From: an uncultured Eubacteriales bacterium
Lineage (GTDB): Bacteria > Bacillota > Clostridia > Lachnospirales > CAZTAY01
Assembly: GCA_964611655.1 (NCBI GenBank)
Contig: CAZTAY010000003.1
Location: 1-49,746 of the forward strand
Reading direction: 5' to 3'
Length of the DNA stretch: 49,746 nt
Position numbers and translations under genes: made by a program. Each line of letters starts with the position of its first letter. Within the stretch, counting starts at the first letter, position 1. The notes beneath the pieces are model-generated. The model was given only the letters and a program-made list of their open reading frames with translations, was not told the DNA's origin and made no database searches. Shown here in pieces: positions 1 through 10,800 of this stretch.

Positions 1-44
1 TTGGAAAACTTTAGAAAAAAATCTAAAAATCTTCCAAACCCATT

Positions 45-1049
45 TTATCCAAGCAAAAAGTCTTGTTCTTCCCTCTTAGTCCTTGTCATTAAATCATTTA
101 CTGCGTCTTTAGGATTTTTTCCATTGAAGACCACATTAAATATTTCAGTTGTAATAGGCATGTTCACATTAACTTTTTTGGACAGCTCGTAAGTTGAATG
201 AGCCGTTGCAACGCCCTCCACAACCATATGAATTTCTTTTAATGCTTCTTCAAGTTTGTTGCCCTTTCCAAGCAATATCCCTGCACGCCTATTCCTGCTG
301 TGCATACTGGTACATGTAACTATTAAATCACCAATACCTGCAAGCCCAGAAAATGTTTCTGGTTTTGCTCCAAGGGAAACCCCAAGCCTTGCAATCTCAA
401 CAATTCCTCTTGTCATTAAAGCTGCCTTTGAGTTGTCGCCATAACCTAAGCCGTCACTGATTCCCGCTGCAAGAGCAATAACATTTTTAATGGCCCCTCC
501 AAGTTCAACTCCTGTTACGTCCGGATTGGTATAAACCCTGAAAGTTGGCGCCATAAAAATATTCTGCATCTTTCGTGCAAGCTGGTCGTCTAAAGATGAA
601 ATGACCACTGCGGAAGGTATCTTTTTTGAAACCTCTTCTGCATGACTTGGCCCTGACAAAATAGATATCCCGCAGCCCTTTGGAAGCTCCTGAGCCATTA
701 CCTCCGTCATTCTAAGCAAGCTGCCTTCCTCAATGCCCTTTGCAGCATTTACAAAATCCTTTGACCCCTTAAGATATGGCACAAGACTTTTTAAAACACC
801 CCTTACATGCTGTGAGGGTGATGCCAGCACAAAAATGTCACTTTCGGCAGCTTCTTCCATACCCTCTGTTATGTTCATATCCTTTGGTATATCAATACCC
901 GGAAGGAATTCTTTGTTTTGACCGTCAGCATTGATGCGTTTAACTTCTTCGACACTATATGACCATAGAGTTACATCATGTTTGTTGTCATGAAGAAGCA
1001 ACGCAAGGGCTGTGCCCCAGCTACCAGAACCCATTACAGAAATTTTCAA
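45..1049 (-). CDS. gpsA: NAD(P)H-dependent glycerol-3-phosphate dehydrogenase
   Basis: Rossmann GSGSWGTALA, SGPSHAEEV, GVELGGAIKNVIA, GIGDLIVTCTSMHSRN motifs; der-plsY-gpsA synteny. Confidence 0.97.
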   Translation of the reverse strand: MKISVMGSGSWGTALALLLHDNKHDVTLWSYSVEEVKRINADGQNKEFLPGIDIPKDMNITEGMEEAAESDIFVLASPSQHVRGVLKSLVPYLKGSKDFVNAAKGIEEGSLLRMTEVMAQELPKGCGISILSGPSHAEEVSKKIPSAVVISSLDDQLARKMQNIFMAPTFRVYTNPDVTGVELGGAIKNVIALAAGISDGLGYGDNSKAALMTRGIVEIARLGVSLGAKPETFSGLAGIGDLIVTCTSMHSRNRRAGILLGKGNKLEEALKEIHMVVEGVATAHSTYELSKKVNVNMPITTEIFNVVFNGKNPKDAVNDLMTRTKREEQDFLLG

Positions 1050-1684
1050 AGCTCGCTCCTCCTTCGGCTTTTAATTGTGAATTTATTCTCGTTGCCGCTA
1101 ATTAGCCTTTTGATGTTTTCCCTGTGCTGATAGAAACATAGGATTGTTATGACTCCAAAAACCAGAATTGTTTCAACTGTGAATGAAAACACAATTGATA
1201 ACAAAAAAAACAACCCGCACATAATTAATGATGTAAGCGAAATAAACCTCGTTAATATAACGGTTACTATTCCAATGCCAAAAGTAATTAAAGCCGCTTT
1301 AAGGTCAAGGCATAGAATTATGGCAAGGGAACATGCAACTCCTTTTCCGCCTTTAAACCTGAGCTGCACAGGGAAGTTATGTCCGAGCACCACCCCAAGT
1401 CCGCCGTACAGTCCAGGTAATAGAGAAGCATTATTTCCAAAGAATGTTCCTCCGCCTTTAAAAAGCAAAGAACAAACAACATACGCCAAAACAGCTTTTA
1501 AAATGTCCAAAACAAATGTTACCGCACCAGCCTTTGCCCCAAGGGTTCTAAGTACGTTTGTTGTTCCGGCGTTACCGCTTCCGTGTTCTCTAATATCTAT
1601 CTTGCCGTACCACCTTGAAACATAATAAGCAGTCTGCAAGCAGCCAATACCATAACCGATTACAATACAAAGAAGTCTATACAA
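1046..1684 (-). CDS. plsY: Glycerol-3-phosphate acyltransferase PlsY
   Basis: DIREHGSGNAGTTNVLR, GHNFP..FKGGKGVA, HRENIKRL motifs; hydrophobic. Confidence 0.96.
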   Translation of the reverse strand: MYRLLCIVIGYGIGCLQTAYYVSRWYGKIDIREHGSGNAGTTNVLRTLGAKAGAVTFVLDILKAVLAYVVCSLLFKGGGTFFGNNASLLPGLYGGLGVVLGHNFPVQLRFKGGKGVACSLAIILCLDLKAALITFGIGIVTVILTRFISLTSLIMCGLFFLLSIVFSFTVETILVFGVITILCFYQHRENIKRLISGNENKFTIKSRRRSEL

Positions 1685-1686
1685 CC

Positions 1687-3015
1687 CTAATCAGCCCTTT
1701 CCCTTACAACAAAATGTATAGGCGTTCCTGTAAATCCGAATGCTTGCCTAATTTGGTTTTCTATAAACCTACGATATGAAAAATGCAGAAGTTCTTTGGA
1801 GTTTACAAAAAGCACAAATGTAGGCGGTCTAACTGATGCCTGAGTGATATAATAAATTTTAAGCTGTTTGCCTTTTTCAGCAGGAGGTTGGTTAATTGCC
1901 ATTGCCTCAATCAAAATGTCATTTAAAATCCCCGTTTGAACTCTTAGTACGTGATTTTCATTAACCATCTTTACGGTTTCAAGCAATTTGTGAACCCTCT
2001 GACCTGAAAGCGCCGATATAAAAACCTTTGGCGCATAGGACATATATTTAAGTCTATTATCAATCTCTCTGGTAAATTCATATATTGTTTTATCATTCTT
2101 TTCTATTAAATCCCATTTATTAACGGCAATAACTGCTGCTTTTCCCCTTTCATGAGCTATACCAGCAATCTTTGCATCCTGCTCTGAAATTCCATATTGC
2201 GCATCAATCATTAAAACAGCTACATTAGCACGCTCAATTGCTGCCACTGCACGGACAATGCTATACTGCTCAATGCGTTCTTTTATTTTGCTCTTGCGCC
2301 TTATTCCTGCCGTGTCGATTAATACAAACTTGTCGCCGTTTCTTTCAAAAGAACTGTCAACAGCGTCTCTTGTTGTTCCGGGGATATCACTTACAATAAC
2401 CCTTTCCTCACCTATTATCTTATTCACAATTGACGATTTACCAGCGTTTGGTTTGCCTATAATGGCAACGCTAATAACGTCCTCGTCTTCTTCCTCTTCC
2501 GATTGTTTTGGAAAAAGCTCCACCAGCTCATCAAGCATCTCACCTAATCCAAGACCCTGTTCCGCCGAAATAGGCATAGGATCACCCAAAGACAAGTTAT
2601 AAAACTCATAAACCGCAAGCTCATCTTTTTGTATATTATCAACCTTGTTTACAACCAACAACACAGGCTTTTTAGTTTTGCGTAGCTCTGTTGCAACAAA
2701 CATATCATCGTCAGTTACACCTTGCCTTACATCTGTTACAAACAAAATAACATCTGCTGTTTCCATTGCAACCTGAGCTTGTACATACATCTGTTTTGTA
2801 ATACTGTCTTTTGAATCAGGCTCAAGTCCACCTGTGTCTATTACAGTAAAATTATGTTTAAGCCAGTTAGCATCGGAATAAATCCTGTCCCTGGTAACCC
2901 CCGGCGTATTCTCAACAATAGAGAGTTGTTTGCCGACAAGCTTATTAAATAACGTGGACTTACCTACATTCGGCCTACCCACAACTGCTACTATTGTTTT
3001 TGCGTTTTTTCCCAT
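1687..3015 (-). CDS. der: Ribosome biogenesis GTPase Der (EngA)
   Basis: Two GTPase domains (GRPNVGKS/DTGG/NKVD and GKPNAGKS/DTAG/NKWD) and C-terminal KH-like PPTF..FGFTGTPI. Confidence 0.98.
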   Translation of the reverse strand: MGKNAKTIVAVVGRPNVGKSTLFNKLVGKQLSIVENTPGVTRDRIYSDANWLKHNFTVIDTGGLEPDSKDSITKQMYVQAQVAMETADVILFVTDVRQGVTDDDMFVATELRKTKKPVLLVVNKVDNIQKDELAVYEFYNLSLGDPMPISAEQGLGLGEMLDELVELFPKQSEEEEDEDVISVAIIGKPNAGKSSIVNKIIGEERVIVSDIPGTTRDAVDSSFERNGDKFVLIDTAGIRRKSKIKERIEQYSIVRAVAAIERANVAVLMIDAQYGISEQDAKIAGIAHERGKAAVIAVNKWDLIEKNDKTIYEFTREIDNRLKYMSYAPKVFISALSGQRVHKLLETVKMVNENHVLRVQTGILNDILIEAMAINQPPAEKGKQLKIYYITQASVRPPTFVLFVNSKELLHFSYRRFIENQIRQAFGFTGTPIHFVVRERAD

Positions 3016-4334
3016 TTGTTCCTCCCAGATTTTAATATAACATCAAGAAAAGCTCCGCCGTCAACAGGAACAGACGCAACCTTGACCGAAAGCGCATCTT
3101 CAATGTCTGAAAGTCTAAGGTCGTCCAGTAAAACATCTTCCCCTGACCTTAGTGCATTCTCCGGTATAAGAAGCACTCCGTCTTTTATCTTGCCTTTAAG
3201 TGAATTTATTATATCAGTGCCGGTTAAAAGCCCCGACACAGTTATGGATCTTCCAAAAAAATTGTTTTCGATCAGGTGTGTATTAATTTCTGCATTTTTC
3301 ATTTTGCCCATGATTCTTTCTGCAAAACCTTTCATAAAGGGATATGCGCTTTTGCCTGTGGCGATATGAATATTCTGCTCAAAAATTTCAGGTTTGACTT
3401 TCTCAAAAGCGTCATTAAACTCTTTCTCAAACAGTCTCATCATTCCAACACCGTTTTCCAACTGATAAAAATCCTCATAGGCTTCAAATGGTGGCAACTC
3501 CATTTCAGCAGTGAGATACAGTTCATCGGAAGCAAATACCAATCGGCTGCCTTTATCCTTTAAGAACCTATCCCAAAACCCTTCTATTTCCTTGACAGCT
3601 TTTATGGCGTCCTCTTTTTCTATGGGCAAAAGAGGAGTAAGCCCTTTCCTGTGTTTAGTAAGCCCAACTGGTACAACGGAAAGGCTTTTTACTGAATCAT
3701 AAGCCGCAAGTTCTGAAATGGTTTTCCTAAGGATTTCCCCATCATTAATGCCTTTTAAAAGCACCACTTGACCATTTATATCAATTCCGCTTTTGTTAAG
3801 CATTTCAATGTATTCAAGTACATTGCCTGCTTTTTTATTTCCGAGAATCTCTTCTCTAAGCTTTGGATCTGTGACATGAACGGATATGTTAATAGGTGAC
3901 ATATGATAATAAATAATTCTTTCAATGTCTTTTTTGCTCATGTTTGTAAGAGTTACGTAGTTGCCTTGAAAGAAAGATAACCTGCTATCGTCGTCTTTAA
4001 AGTATAAAGTATTACGCATCCCTTTTGGTAGTTGATCAATAAAACAAAATATACATTTGTTTCCGCAACCACTAACCCTGTCCATAAGCGAGTTTTCAAA
4101 AACAAGACCTATGTCCTCATATTCGTCCTTCTCAATTTCTAAAAGCCATTCCTCACCGTCTTGCTTTCTAATCAGCATTTCGATATATTCATCTGCAATA
4201 AGAAATTTATAATCAAACACATCTAAAACGGCTTTTCCGTTTATATTAAGCATAACATCCCCGGGCTGAATGCCTAGTTCCTCTGCAATACTATCCCTGC
4301 AAACCTCTTTTATTAAATTCTCTTTTGTTTTCAT
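2991..4334 (-). CDS. PDZ / radical SAM-like DUF512 family protein
   Basis: N-terminal PDZ-like SIAEELGIQPGD, CGNKCIFCFIDQLPKGMR, YFKDDDSRLSF, QLENGVG; typical neighbour of der. Confidence 0.9.
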   Translation of the reverse strand: MKTKENLIKEVCRDSIAEELGIQPGDVMLNINGKAVLDVFDYKFLIADEYIEMLIRKQDGEEWLLEIEKDEYEDIGLVFENSLMDRVSGCGNKCIFCFIDQLPKGMRNTLYFKDDDSRLSFFQGNYVTLTNMSKKDIERIIYYHMSPINISVHVTDPKLREEILGNKKAGNVLEYIEMLNKSGIDINGQVVLLKGINDGEILRKTISELAAYDSVKSLSVVPVGLTKHRKGLTPLLPIEKEDAIKAVKEIEGFWDRFLKDKGSRLVFASDELYLTAEMELPPFEAYEDFYQLENGVGMMRLFEKEFNDAFEKVKPEIFEQNIHIATGKSAYPFMKGFAERIMGKMKNAEINTHLIENNFFGRSITVSGLLTGTDIINSLKGKIKDGVLLIPENALRSGEDVLLDDLRLSDIEDALSVKVASVPVDGGAFLDVILKSGRNKWEKTQKQ

Positions 4335-5140
4335 TTTATCAACTCAATCATTGCAGCCATATTCCCTCTTTTGCTTCCCGAGATCCTATGTGAATAAAAG
4401 TCCTCTGTGAGACATTTAGAACATAAGCATGAAATTTCTATGTTTTCACGTGAAACACCACATTCTGTTAAAATCTGTTTATTTATTTGCTGTAAATTTA
4501 TATGATATTTTACGCCCGATTCTTTTAGCTGTCTTTCTATAAAATTATGATACCCTGGATCAAACTCAAGTGCAACAGGTTCGTCAACCTCAAAGCAGCT
4601 CTGGCAAATGGATGGTCCAATTCCTGCAATAATATGTATAGGGTTTGTATTAAAATGCGTTTTCATTTTATCTAATGTATTTGCAACAATCCGACCTCTA
4701 GTACCTCGCCACCCTGCATGAACAAGACCGATTGCTTTATTTTTAGTATCTAGCAGAAAAATAGGGACACAATCAGCATGAAATGTCACAAGACAGACAT
4801 TCTCTTGGTTTGTAATCAATGCGTCAATGTCATTAAACACATTTTTTCTGAGAATACCGTTACCCCTGTCTTTTTTATCAACAAGCCTGACATTTATCAT
4901 ATGCGTTTGGTTTGCAAATACCATGTCGTCTATATTAATTTCCAATGCGGAAGTGACTTTTTCAAAGTTTTTAAATGTTATAGCCTTGTCCTCACCATCT
5001 TTATAAGAAAGGTTCAAAGATGCATAATGACCTTGACTGAAACCGCCTTTTTTAGTTGTAAATGCATGTTTTACAAGCCCTGACCTATCAAATGCCTCAA
5101 ATGTATAGTATTCCAAGTCACCAACTATATTTTTTTTCAT
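4331..5140 (-). CDS. pgeF: Peptidoglycan editing factor / purine nucleoside phosphorylase PgeF (YfiH)
   Basis: QTH, DALIT, HADCVPI, HAGWRGT, GIGPSI..CFEV, FYSHR motifs; ATG at 5140 preferred over TTG at 5152. Confidence 0.92.
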   Translation of the reverse strand: MKKNIVGDLEYYTFEAFDRSGLVKHAFTTKKGGFSQGHYASLNLSYKDGEDKAITFKNFEKVTSALEINIDDMVFANQTHMINVRLVDKKDRGNGILRKNVFNDIDALITNQENVCLVTFHADCVPIFLLDTKNKAIGLVHAGWRGTRGRIVANTLDKMKTHFNTNPIHIIAGIGPSICQSCFEVDEPVALEFDPGYHNFIERQLKESGVKYHINLQQINKQILTECGVSRENIEISCLCSKCLTEDFYSHRISGSKRGNMAAMIELIK

Positions 5141-5142
5141 TT

Positions 5143-5505
5143 TTAACCCCAAAATGCGTTTTTAATATGATTTATTTTATATTCTTTGTTTTTAATATAA
5201 ACCTCAATAACGTCAAACCGGAATGAACATTCCGGCTCATTTATTTCAGATATAAATTGCGTTGCAGCCGAAATAATCCTTTTTTGTTTATTAATTGTAA
5301 CAGCTTCTGCTGGTAATCCGAATCTGTTATTAGTCCTTAGTTTAACCTCTGCAAATACAAGGGTTTCGTTTGATCTTGACCTGGCTATTATATCAATTTC
5401 ACCGTATAAAGTTCTATAGTTTCTTATAATTATTGTAAATCCCAATTTTACCAAGAAGCCAACAGCAAGGTTTTCGCCCAAGTCTCCAAGTTCTTTTTTA
5501 TCCAT
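5143..5505 (-). CDS. yraN: YraN family putative endonuclease (UPF0102)
   Basis: GDLGENLA, RNYR..GEIDIIA, FAEVKLR, RFDVI motifs; start placed at ATG 5505 overlapping the upstream stop. Confidence 0.9.
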   Translation of the reverse strand: MDKKELGDLGENLAVGFLVKLGFTIIIRNYRTLYGEIDIIARSRSNETLVFAEVKLRTNNRFGLPAEAVTINKQKRIISAATQFISEINEPECSFRFDVIEVYIKNKEYKINHIKNAFWG

Positions 5506-5770
5506 TCCTTCGTCCATTTTTGTCAAGATCAGAAATGAAAATTAGAATTTGTGCAACTACTTCATATAACTCCGGCGGAATATATGCTCCTATATCCACC
5601 TTTGTTAGCTCATCCACAAGTTCTTTGTTTTCAATAACGGGTATATCTCCTCTTTTTTCAAGGATCTTTTCAGCAACATGACCCTTTCCTTTTGCCAAAA
5701 CAGTTGGTGCAATGTTATCTGAACTGTATGAAATTGCCGCAGCCTTTTTCTGTTTCTTTTCATTATCCAT
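5498..5770 (-). CDS. FlhB C-terminal-like (EscU/YscU/HrcU family, YlqH-like) small protein
   Basis: KAAAISY...APTVLAKGKGHVAEKI...IPPELYEVVAQIL; conserved rnhB-ylqG-ylqH-yraN order. Confidence 0.9.
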   Translation of the reverse strand: MDNEKKQKKAAAISYSSDNIAPTVLAKGKGHVAEKILEKRGDIPVIENKELVDELTKVDIGAYIPPELYEVVAQILIFISDLDKNGRRNG

Positions 5771-5781
5771 AATCTCACGCC

Positions 5782-7113
5782 CTATACCCTTAAATCAAAA
5801 CCATACCTTTTATCCCTTGAACCTTCTATTTCTTCTGAATTGTTCCAGTTTCCAAGTTTCTCAATGAGTTCTGATGTTATATCAAACGATGCATCGGTAA
5901 AAATATAACCCAGATTATTTATACTTTGTTTTAGCTTTACTATGTCTTTTATTAAGAAGTTCTTTTCTTCTTCACCACTTACTCCAAAACGACATCTAAC
6001 GTTCTTTCCTTCTTTTTGGACTAATATCTCGAGCCTTCCAAGGGAGGCCGTGTTTAGCACTAAAACCGCTGTTGTTAAATCTTTAATCGCCTTATTTTTT
6101 TTGTTACCGAATACGAATAATTTTGCTTCGTTATAACTGTTGTTTATTTTATAAGGAATTCTTTGGAATTCGCTGTGAGAAAAGCTCTTTAAAAAGTCCA
6201 TATCATTCTTAATAGAAGACAGAACATTTTTAAGACCATCCCAATTGCTGCCTTTAAAGTTCTGCAAGGATTCATCTGAAATTTTAATTGCATTATACAA
6301 ACGATTTAAGTATTTATCGGCTACAAAAGAATTTTTAGGCTCTATAAACAGCGAGTGTTTTAACATTTCAATGATTTTTTTCCTGTCGACTTTCATAATA
6401 ACTTTCAAGAATTCAGGAGTACTGATTTTGTTTTTTCCGCCACCTGACATGTATTTTAAAAATCCGCCTATGAATTCTTTTTGTTTATCGCTGACATTTT
6501 CAAGAAATAGTGCGCAAACAAGGTTTGCCAGTTTCTTGTCCTCAACACCTGAAAGAGCCTTCACAAGTGCGCCCATTGCAGGTTTGATACATTCATCCCT
6601 AGAAAGGTGTTTTTCAAGAAGCATAATATTTTCGTCTGTAATATCAAGGTTTTCACGAACCATCATTAGCATTTGATCTATATCTATTTCTTTATACTGC
6701 TGCATAATCCCTATTGCCTTTGTAAGTGAGTTTATGTCAACGGGAATGTCGCTTTTAACAAGAGCAGAAGCAGCTTTTAGGTTTTCATCCGTAATAGGAA
6801 GTCTTGCGCCCTTTAAGGCTTGTAAACCCAAGTCAGAAAAAGCGTTGTCATTGGCTTCTTTAAAAAACTTAATAATCAGTTTTCCATTTTCATTGCTGCG
6901 CACAGAAAAAGTCGCCGTTTCGCCTATTCTGGCATCGGGGATCTGTGCGCATTTAGCGTTAATCACATTGCCGTTTGAAAGTTGCAAAGTAACCTCGCCT
7001 GGTCTAATATCAAGAATAAGTGCCTTGAACTTATCTCCGCCTTCAAGCTTTGCGTTTTGATTTAAACTCTTTCTTGAGCCAGATGAACTTGAACCATAAT
7101 CGCTGACCTTCAT
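5782..7113 (-). CDS. FliK-like (YlqG-type) hook-length-control domain protein
   Basis: C-terminal LNTASLGRLEILV...GFDLRV typical of FliK-C; lies between rnhB and the FlhB-like gene; start uncertain (7113 or 7149). Confidence 0.7.
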   Translation of the reverse strand: MKVSDYGSSSSGSRKSLNQNAKLEGGDKFKALILDIRPGEVTLQLSNGNVINAKCAQIPDARIGETATFSVRSNENGKLIIKFFKEANDNAFSDLGLQALKGARLPITDENLKAASALVKSDIPVDINSLTKAIGIMQQYKEIDIDQMLMMVRENLDITDENIMLLEKHLSRDECIKPAMGALVKALSGVEDKKLANLVCALFLENVSDKQKEFIGGFLKYMSGGGKNKISTPEFLKVIMKVDRKKIIEMLKHSLFIEPKNSFVADKYLNRLYNAIKISDESLQNFKGSNWDGLKNVLSSIKNDMDFLKSFSHSEFQRIPYKINNSYNEAKLFVFGNKKNKAIKDLTTAVLVLNTASLGRLEILVQKEGKNVRCRFGVSGEEEKNFLIKDIVKLKQSINNLGYIFTDASFDITSELIEKLGNWNNSEEIEGSRDKRYGFDLRV

Positions 7114-7175
7114 GATTTTTTCCTCACAATAAAGCAATTTTTCTATCAATACAATTAAATCAGAAAGTCAAATTG

Positions 7176-7823
7176 TTAAACGCTAATTTTCTTTAAAAAT
7201 GACTTTCTATGTATAGGAGATATGCCATAATCCCTGATGGCGTTTATATGTTCTTTTGTGCCATAGCCCTTATGCTTTGCAAATGAATAACCTTCAAATA
7301 CAGCGTCATAACTTATCATAAGCCTATCTCTTGTGACCTTTGCCAATATGCTTGCAGCTGCAATAGAAATACTAAGTGAGTCGCCTTTTATAACAAGTTC
7401 TTGAGACAAGTCAGAGTCTATCTTGAAGTTTCCATCCACCAATACCAGAGAAGGTTTTGTCTTTAGTTTTCCCACCGACTTGCCCATTGAATTCAGGGAT
7501 GCTCTTAGAATATTGATTCTATCTATTTCATCATTTGAAGTTATGTCAATGCTATAGGCTGTGCAATTCTCTATGATTTTATCAAAAAGTATTTCTCTTT
7601 TTTTAGGTGAAAGCTTTTTAGAGTCATTAACCTCTGTGATATAAAAATCTTCATTAAGTATAACAGCGGCTGAAACAACAGGGCCTGCAAGAGCGCCACG
7701 ACCTGCTTCGTCCACGCCTGCTATCTTAAATAAACCATGCTTTTTGTATTTGGAATCATATTCCCACATTTTATTAAATCTGTCAAACTCTTTATTTTGT
7801 CTTGTTAAGGTATTTTCTGTCAT
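7176..7823 (-). CDS. rnhB: Ribonuclease HII
   Basis: AGVDEAGRGALAGPV, DSKKLS, VDGN, KGD..SIAAASILAKVTRD, HKGYGT, HRKSF. Confidence 0.97.
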   Translation of the reverse strand: MTENTLTRQNKEFDRFNKMWEYDSKYKKHGLFKIAGVDEAGRGALAGPVVSAAVILNEDFYITEVNDSKKLSPKKREILFDKIIENCTAYSIDITSNDEIDRINILRASLNSMGKSVGKLKTKPSLVLVDGNFKIDSDLSQELVIKGDSLSISIAAASILAKVTRDRLMISYDAVFEGYSFAKHKGYGTKEHINAIRDYGISPIHRKSFLKKISV

Positions 7824-10800
7824 GACTTGTCCTCATTTGGCATTTTAGCCAAGCTTTCCCAAACATTTTGCGTACTGATTCTTTTTAGAACTCGATATTC
7901 ACAGCCAGGGATTTTGATATCAAAACCGCAAATCTGACCGTATAAGCAATAGTCACAGGCTGTTTTGTCCGGCAGTTTCACAGGACTAACTGCAACTACT
8001 CCCTCTGAAAGCTCACCTGCTAATTGTTTTGCAATTCTTACAGTGTGCCGCATCAAGTCATTAAACTGCTCTTGTGTTGCAACGGAAGAATTTTTGCCCA
8101 GCTCTCCGTCTTTTTTCACCTGAACCGGTATTATACTGGAATAACCCTGTAGATCCTTTTCCAGTGCATTTACAACGTCTTTATTGCTTAATATAAGCCC
8201 CGAAAGCTTAAGTTCCTTTAAAAGCTTTTCTTCAACCACAGAATCCACTTCATCATCTATTGACATTATATTAATAAATGGATCTTTAATCCTGAAATAA
8301 AAAATTCCACCAGGTGAATAGTTTTGGCTTGATTTCAGAAACGCATCAAGGTATACCAGAAGCTGCAACTGCAAGCCATAGTATATATCCTGTAAGCTGA
8401 AATATGCATTACCTGATTTATAGTCTACAATTTTTACATAAGTGCAGTCCTGACCCTCAAAGGTATCAATCCTGTCAATCCTGCCTGTTAGGATAATTTT
8501 TCTGCCATTTTCAAGGTCAATGACAATAGGAGGCAGTGCTTCTTGTGCGCCAAAACCCTGTTCATAGGCAAAGGGTATAAAATCGCCTTTTTGAACATGC
8601 TTGGTAAGTGCCCAAACAGCCCTTTTGCTAACCCTTTTAAACCTTTCCACAAGGTATTTGTTTTTATAGCTTGATGCAAGGATGTCCATTTTTCCAGTGG
8701 TTTCATACACTGACTCATAAACCAGTTCTTCCATCTTTTTTTGGGTTATATTATGCCATTTAAAACCTGCTTCTTCAAGCTTTTTTGAATATAAATCCAA
8801 CATATTATGAAACAAGATACCCAGATCCGGCGTATTTAATGTATAGACCTTTCGTTCCTTTAAATAAAGACTGTAAGAGGCAAAATATGAAAAGGGACAT
8901 GCCGCATATTTTTCCAGCCTTGAAACAGAAGAATATATATCGCTTTTAAACAGATTCCCGGAGGTTTCCGGTGCAAGCCTCCTGGCACTTATTTTTTCGA
9001 AATCCGTATATGCAAAAGCAAGTTCCGTAAGATCCTTTGTTTTTTCTCTATCCATTTTATAAAACCAAGTATAAATATCCTTCCAAAAAGGCGTCATTTC
9101 TCCCGTTTTCACATAGTCTGTTATTTTCTTGTTAAGCTCTTTAAATACAATGCTTGGTTTGTTAATTTTACATATCTCTTCTTGGGTTTCTGTAGTCACC
9201 TGTTTTATGTCCTTAAAAATCTTTTTTATCCTGTTAATAATATAAGAAGGCCTTTGCTCTGCCAAATCAGCATTAAACAATGAATATCCCAGAACCAGTT
9301 GTTCTCTTGGTTTGCTAAAGGCAAGGTATGCCAGAAACTGTTCCTCACAGGATTTTCTAAGACCAAACAGACCCATTTCTATTCCTGCTGACAAAAGTTC
9401 TTTCCTATCGTTTTCACTGAAAAGACCTGTTGCGCCTTTGCTTTCTGGGATGTTGTTGTCGTTCATTCCAAGAACAAACAGTGCTTTAATTTCCGGTAAG
9501 CGAGTACGTCTTAAATCGCCTACAATCACATTGTCAATGCATTGGGGAATTGCGCCCATATGGCTTTCCGACAATCCCGCCTCAAATAATTTTATAAATT
9601 CCTTTAAAGTAACCTGTTCATTTCCAAGTGTATCTGCCATTTTACCCAAAAGCTCTATTAATGAATTCCATACCTTTAACAGTTCATCTTGAATAAACCC
9701 CGGCAAACCTATTAGGCGGTTGTTTTGTGCCTCTAATCTTTCGCTTATGTTATGGGTCTTTAAATGACTGTATAAACGTTCACAAATAAATTGTATTTTA
9801 TATTTACTGCTGCTTTTTATCTTTTCAGTTAAGTCAGAAAGGGAGTTTAAAAGCGTAACCCTTAACCCTTCCATTTTGTCAAAATCGTATACGCCGCTAT
9901 CAAAGCCCCACTTGAACGGCTGTTCCCAGTCTCTACCCTTTATTCCGTATGCAAGCATGTAATTTTCCAGTAAAAATACATCTTCATCAGCTATTCCGGT
10001 CAATCCTGTTTTTAAATACCTTGACACGCTTTCAAAGGATTTTCTTGAGATGATCGTCTCCAGTAACGCCCGTATATATTCTATAAGAGGATGTTGATAA
10101 ATTGGCTTTCTTTCGTCCATGAAAATTGGAATTTCAAATTCCTGCATGATATTTTTAAGGGGCTTGGCATAAGACCCTTCATCACAAAGCAGAATTGCAA
10201 TGTCCTTGTACCTTATGTTTTTGTCTCTTGTTAGGCTTATTATTTCATTTGCTGTCATTTTTATTTCTTCAAATATGTCAATGGCTGCAAAAATTTTCAG
10301 GCTATCCGTTTCACCATCATATAATTTATGGTTAAAGCTAAAGAAATTTTGCTCAAGGGCAAGAATTGCAGAGTTTCCTTTTAATCTTTGATTATGATAT
10401 AGAAATATAGGGGGCTTTATGTTTACACCATTATCTTTAAAAATTGCATTCAGTCTTTTCATGCTGTTTTTTGTTTCATAAAAGAAATCCCCTTGAATAA
10501 GTTCTGAATTTCTGTGGTCAATAGGGGGAGCCACCAATGTTATGTAAATCTTTTGACAAATGGTTGAAAGCTTTGAAATAACCTTATATTCCTGTGCCGT
10601 GAAACCATGAAAATTATCAATCCATATTACAGAATCTTTCAAGTAGTCTTGTTCCTTTTCAATTGACTCTGCAAACACGTCAAGCAAATCGTCAGAGGAC
10701 ACATAAGAATCTTTTAGAAAGTTACAATAACCTTCATAAATCTTCGTAATATCTGACCACTTGGATTTAAGGGTTGCCTGCTTTATATTTGAAATATCAA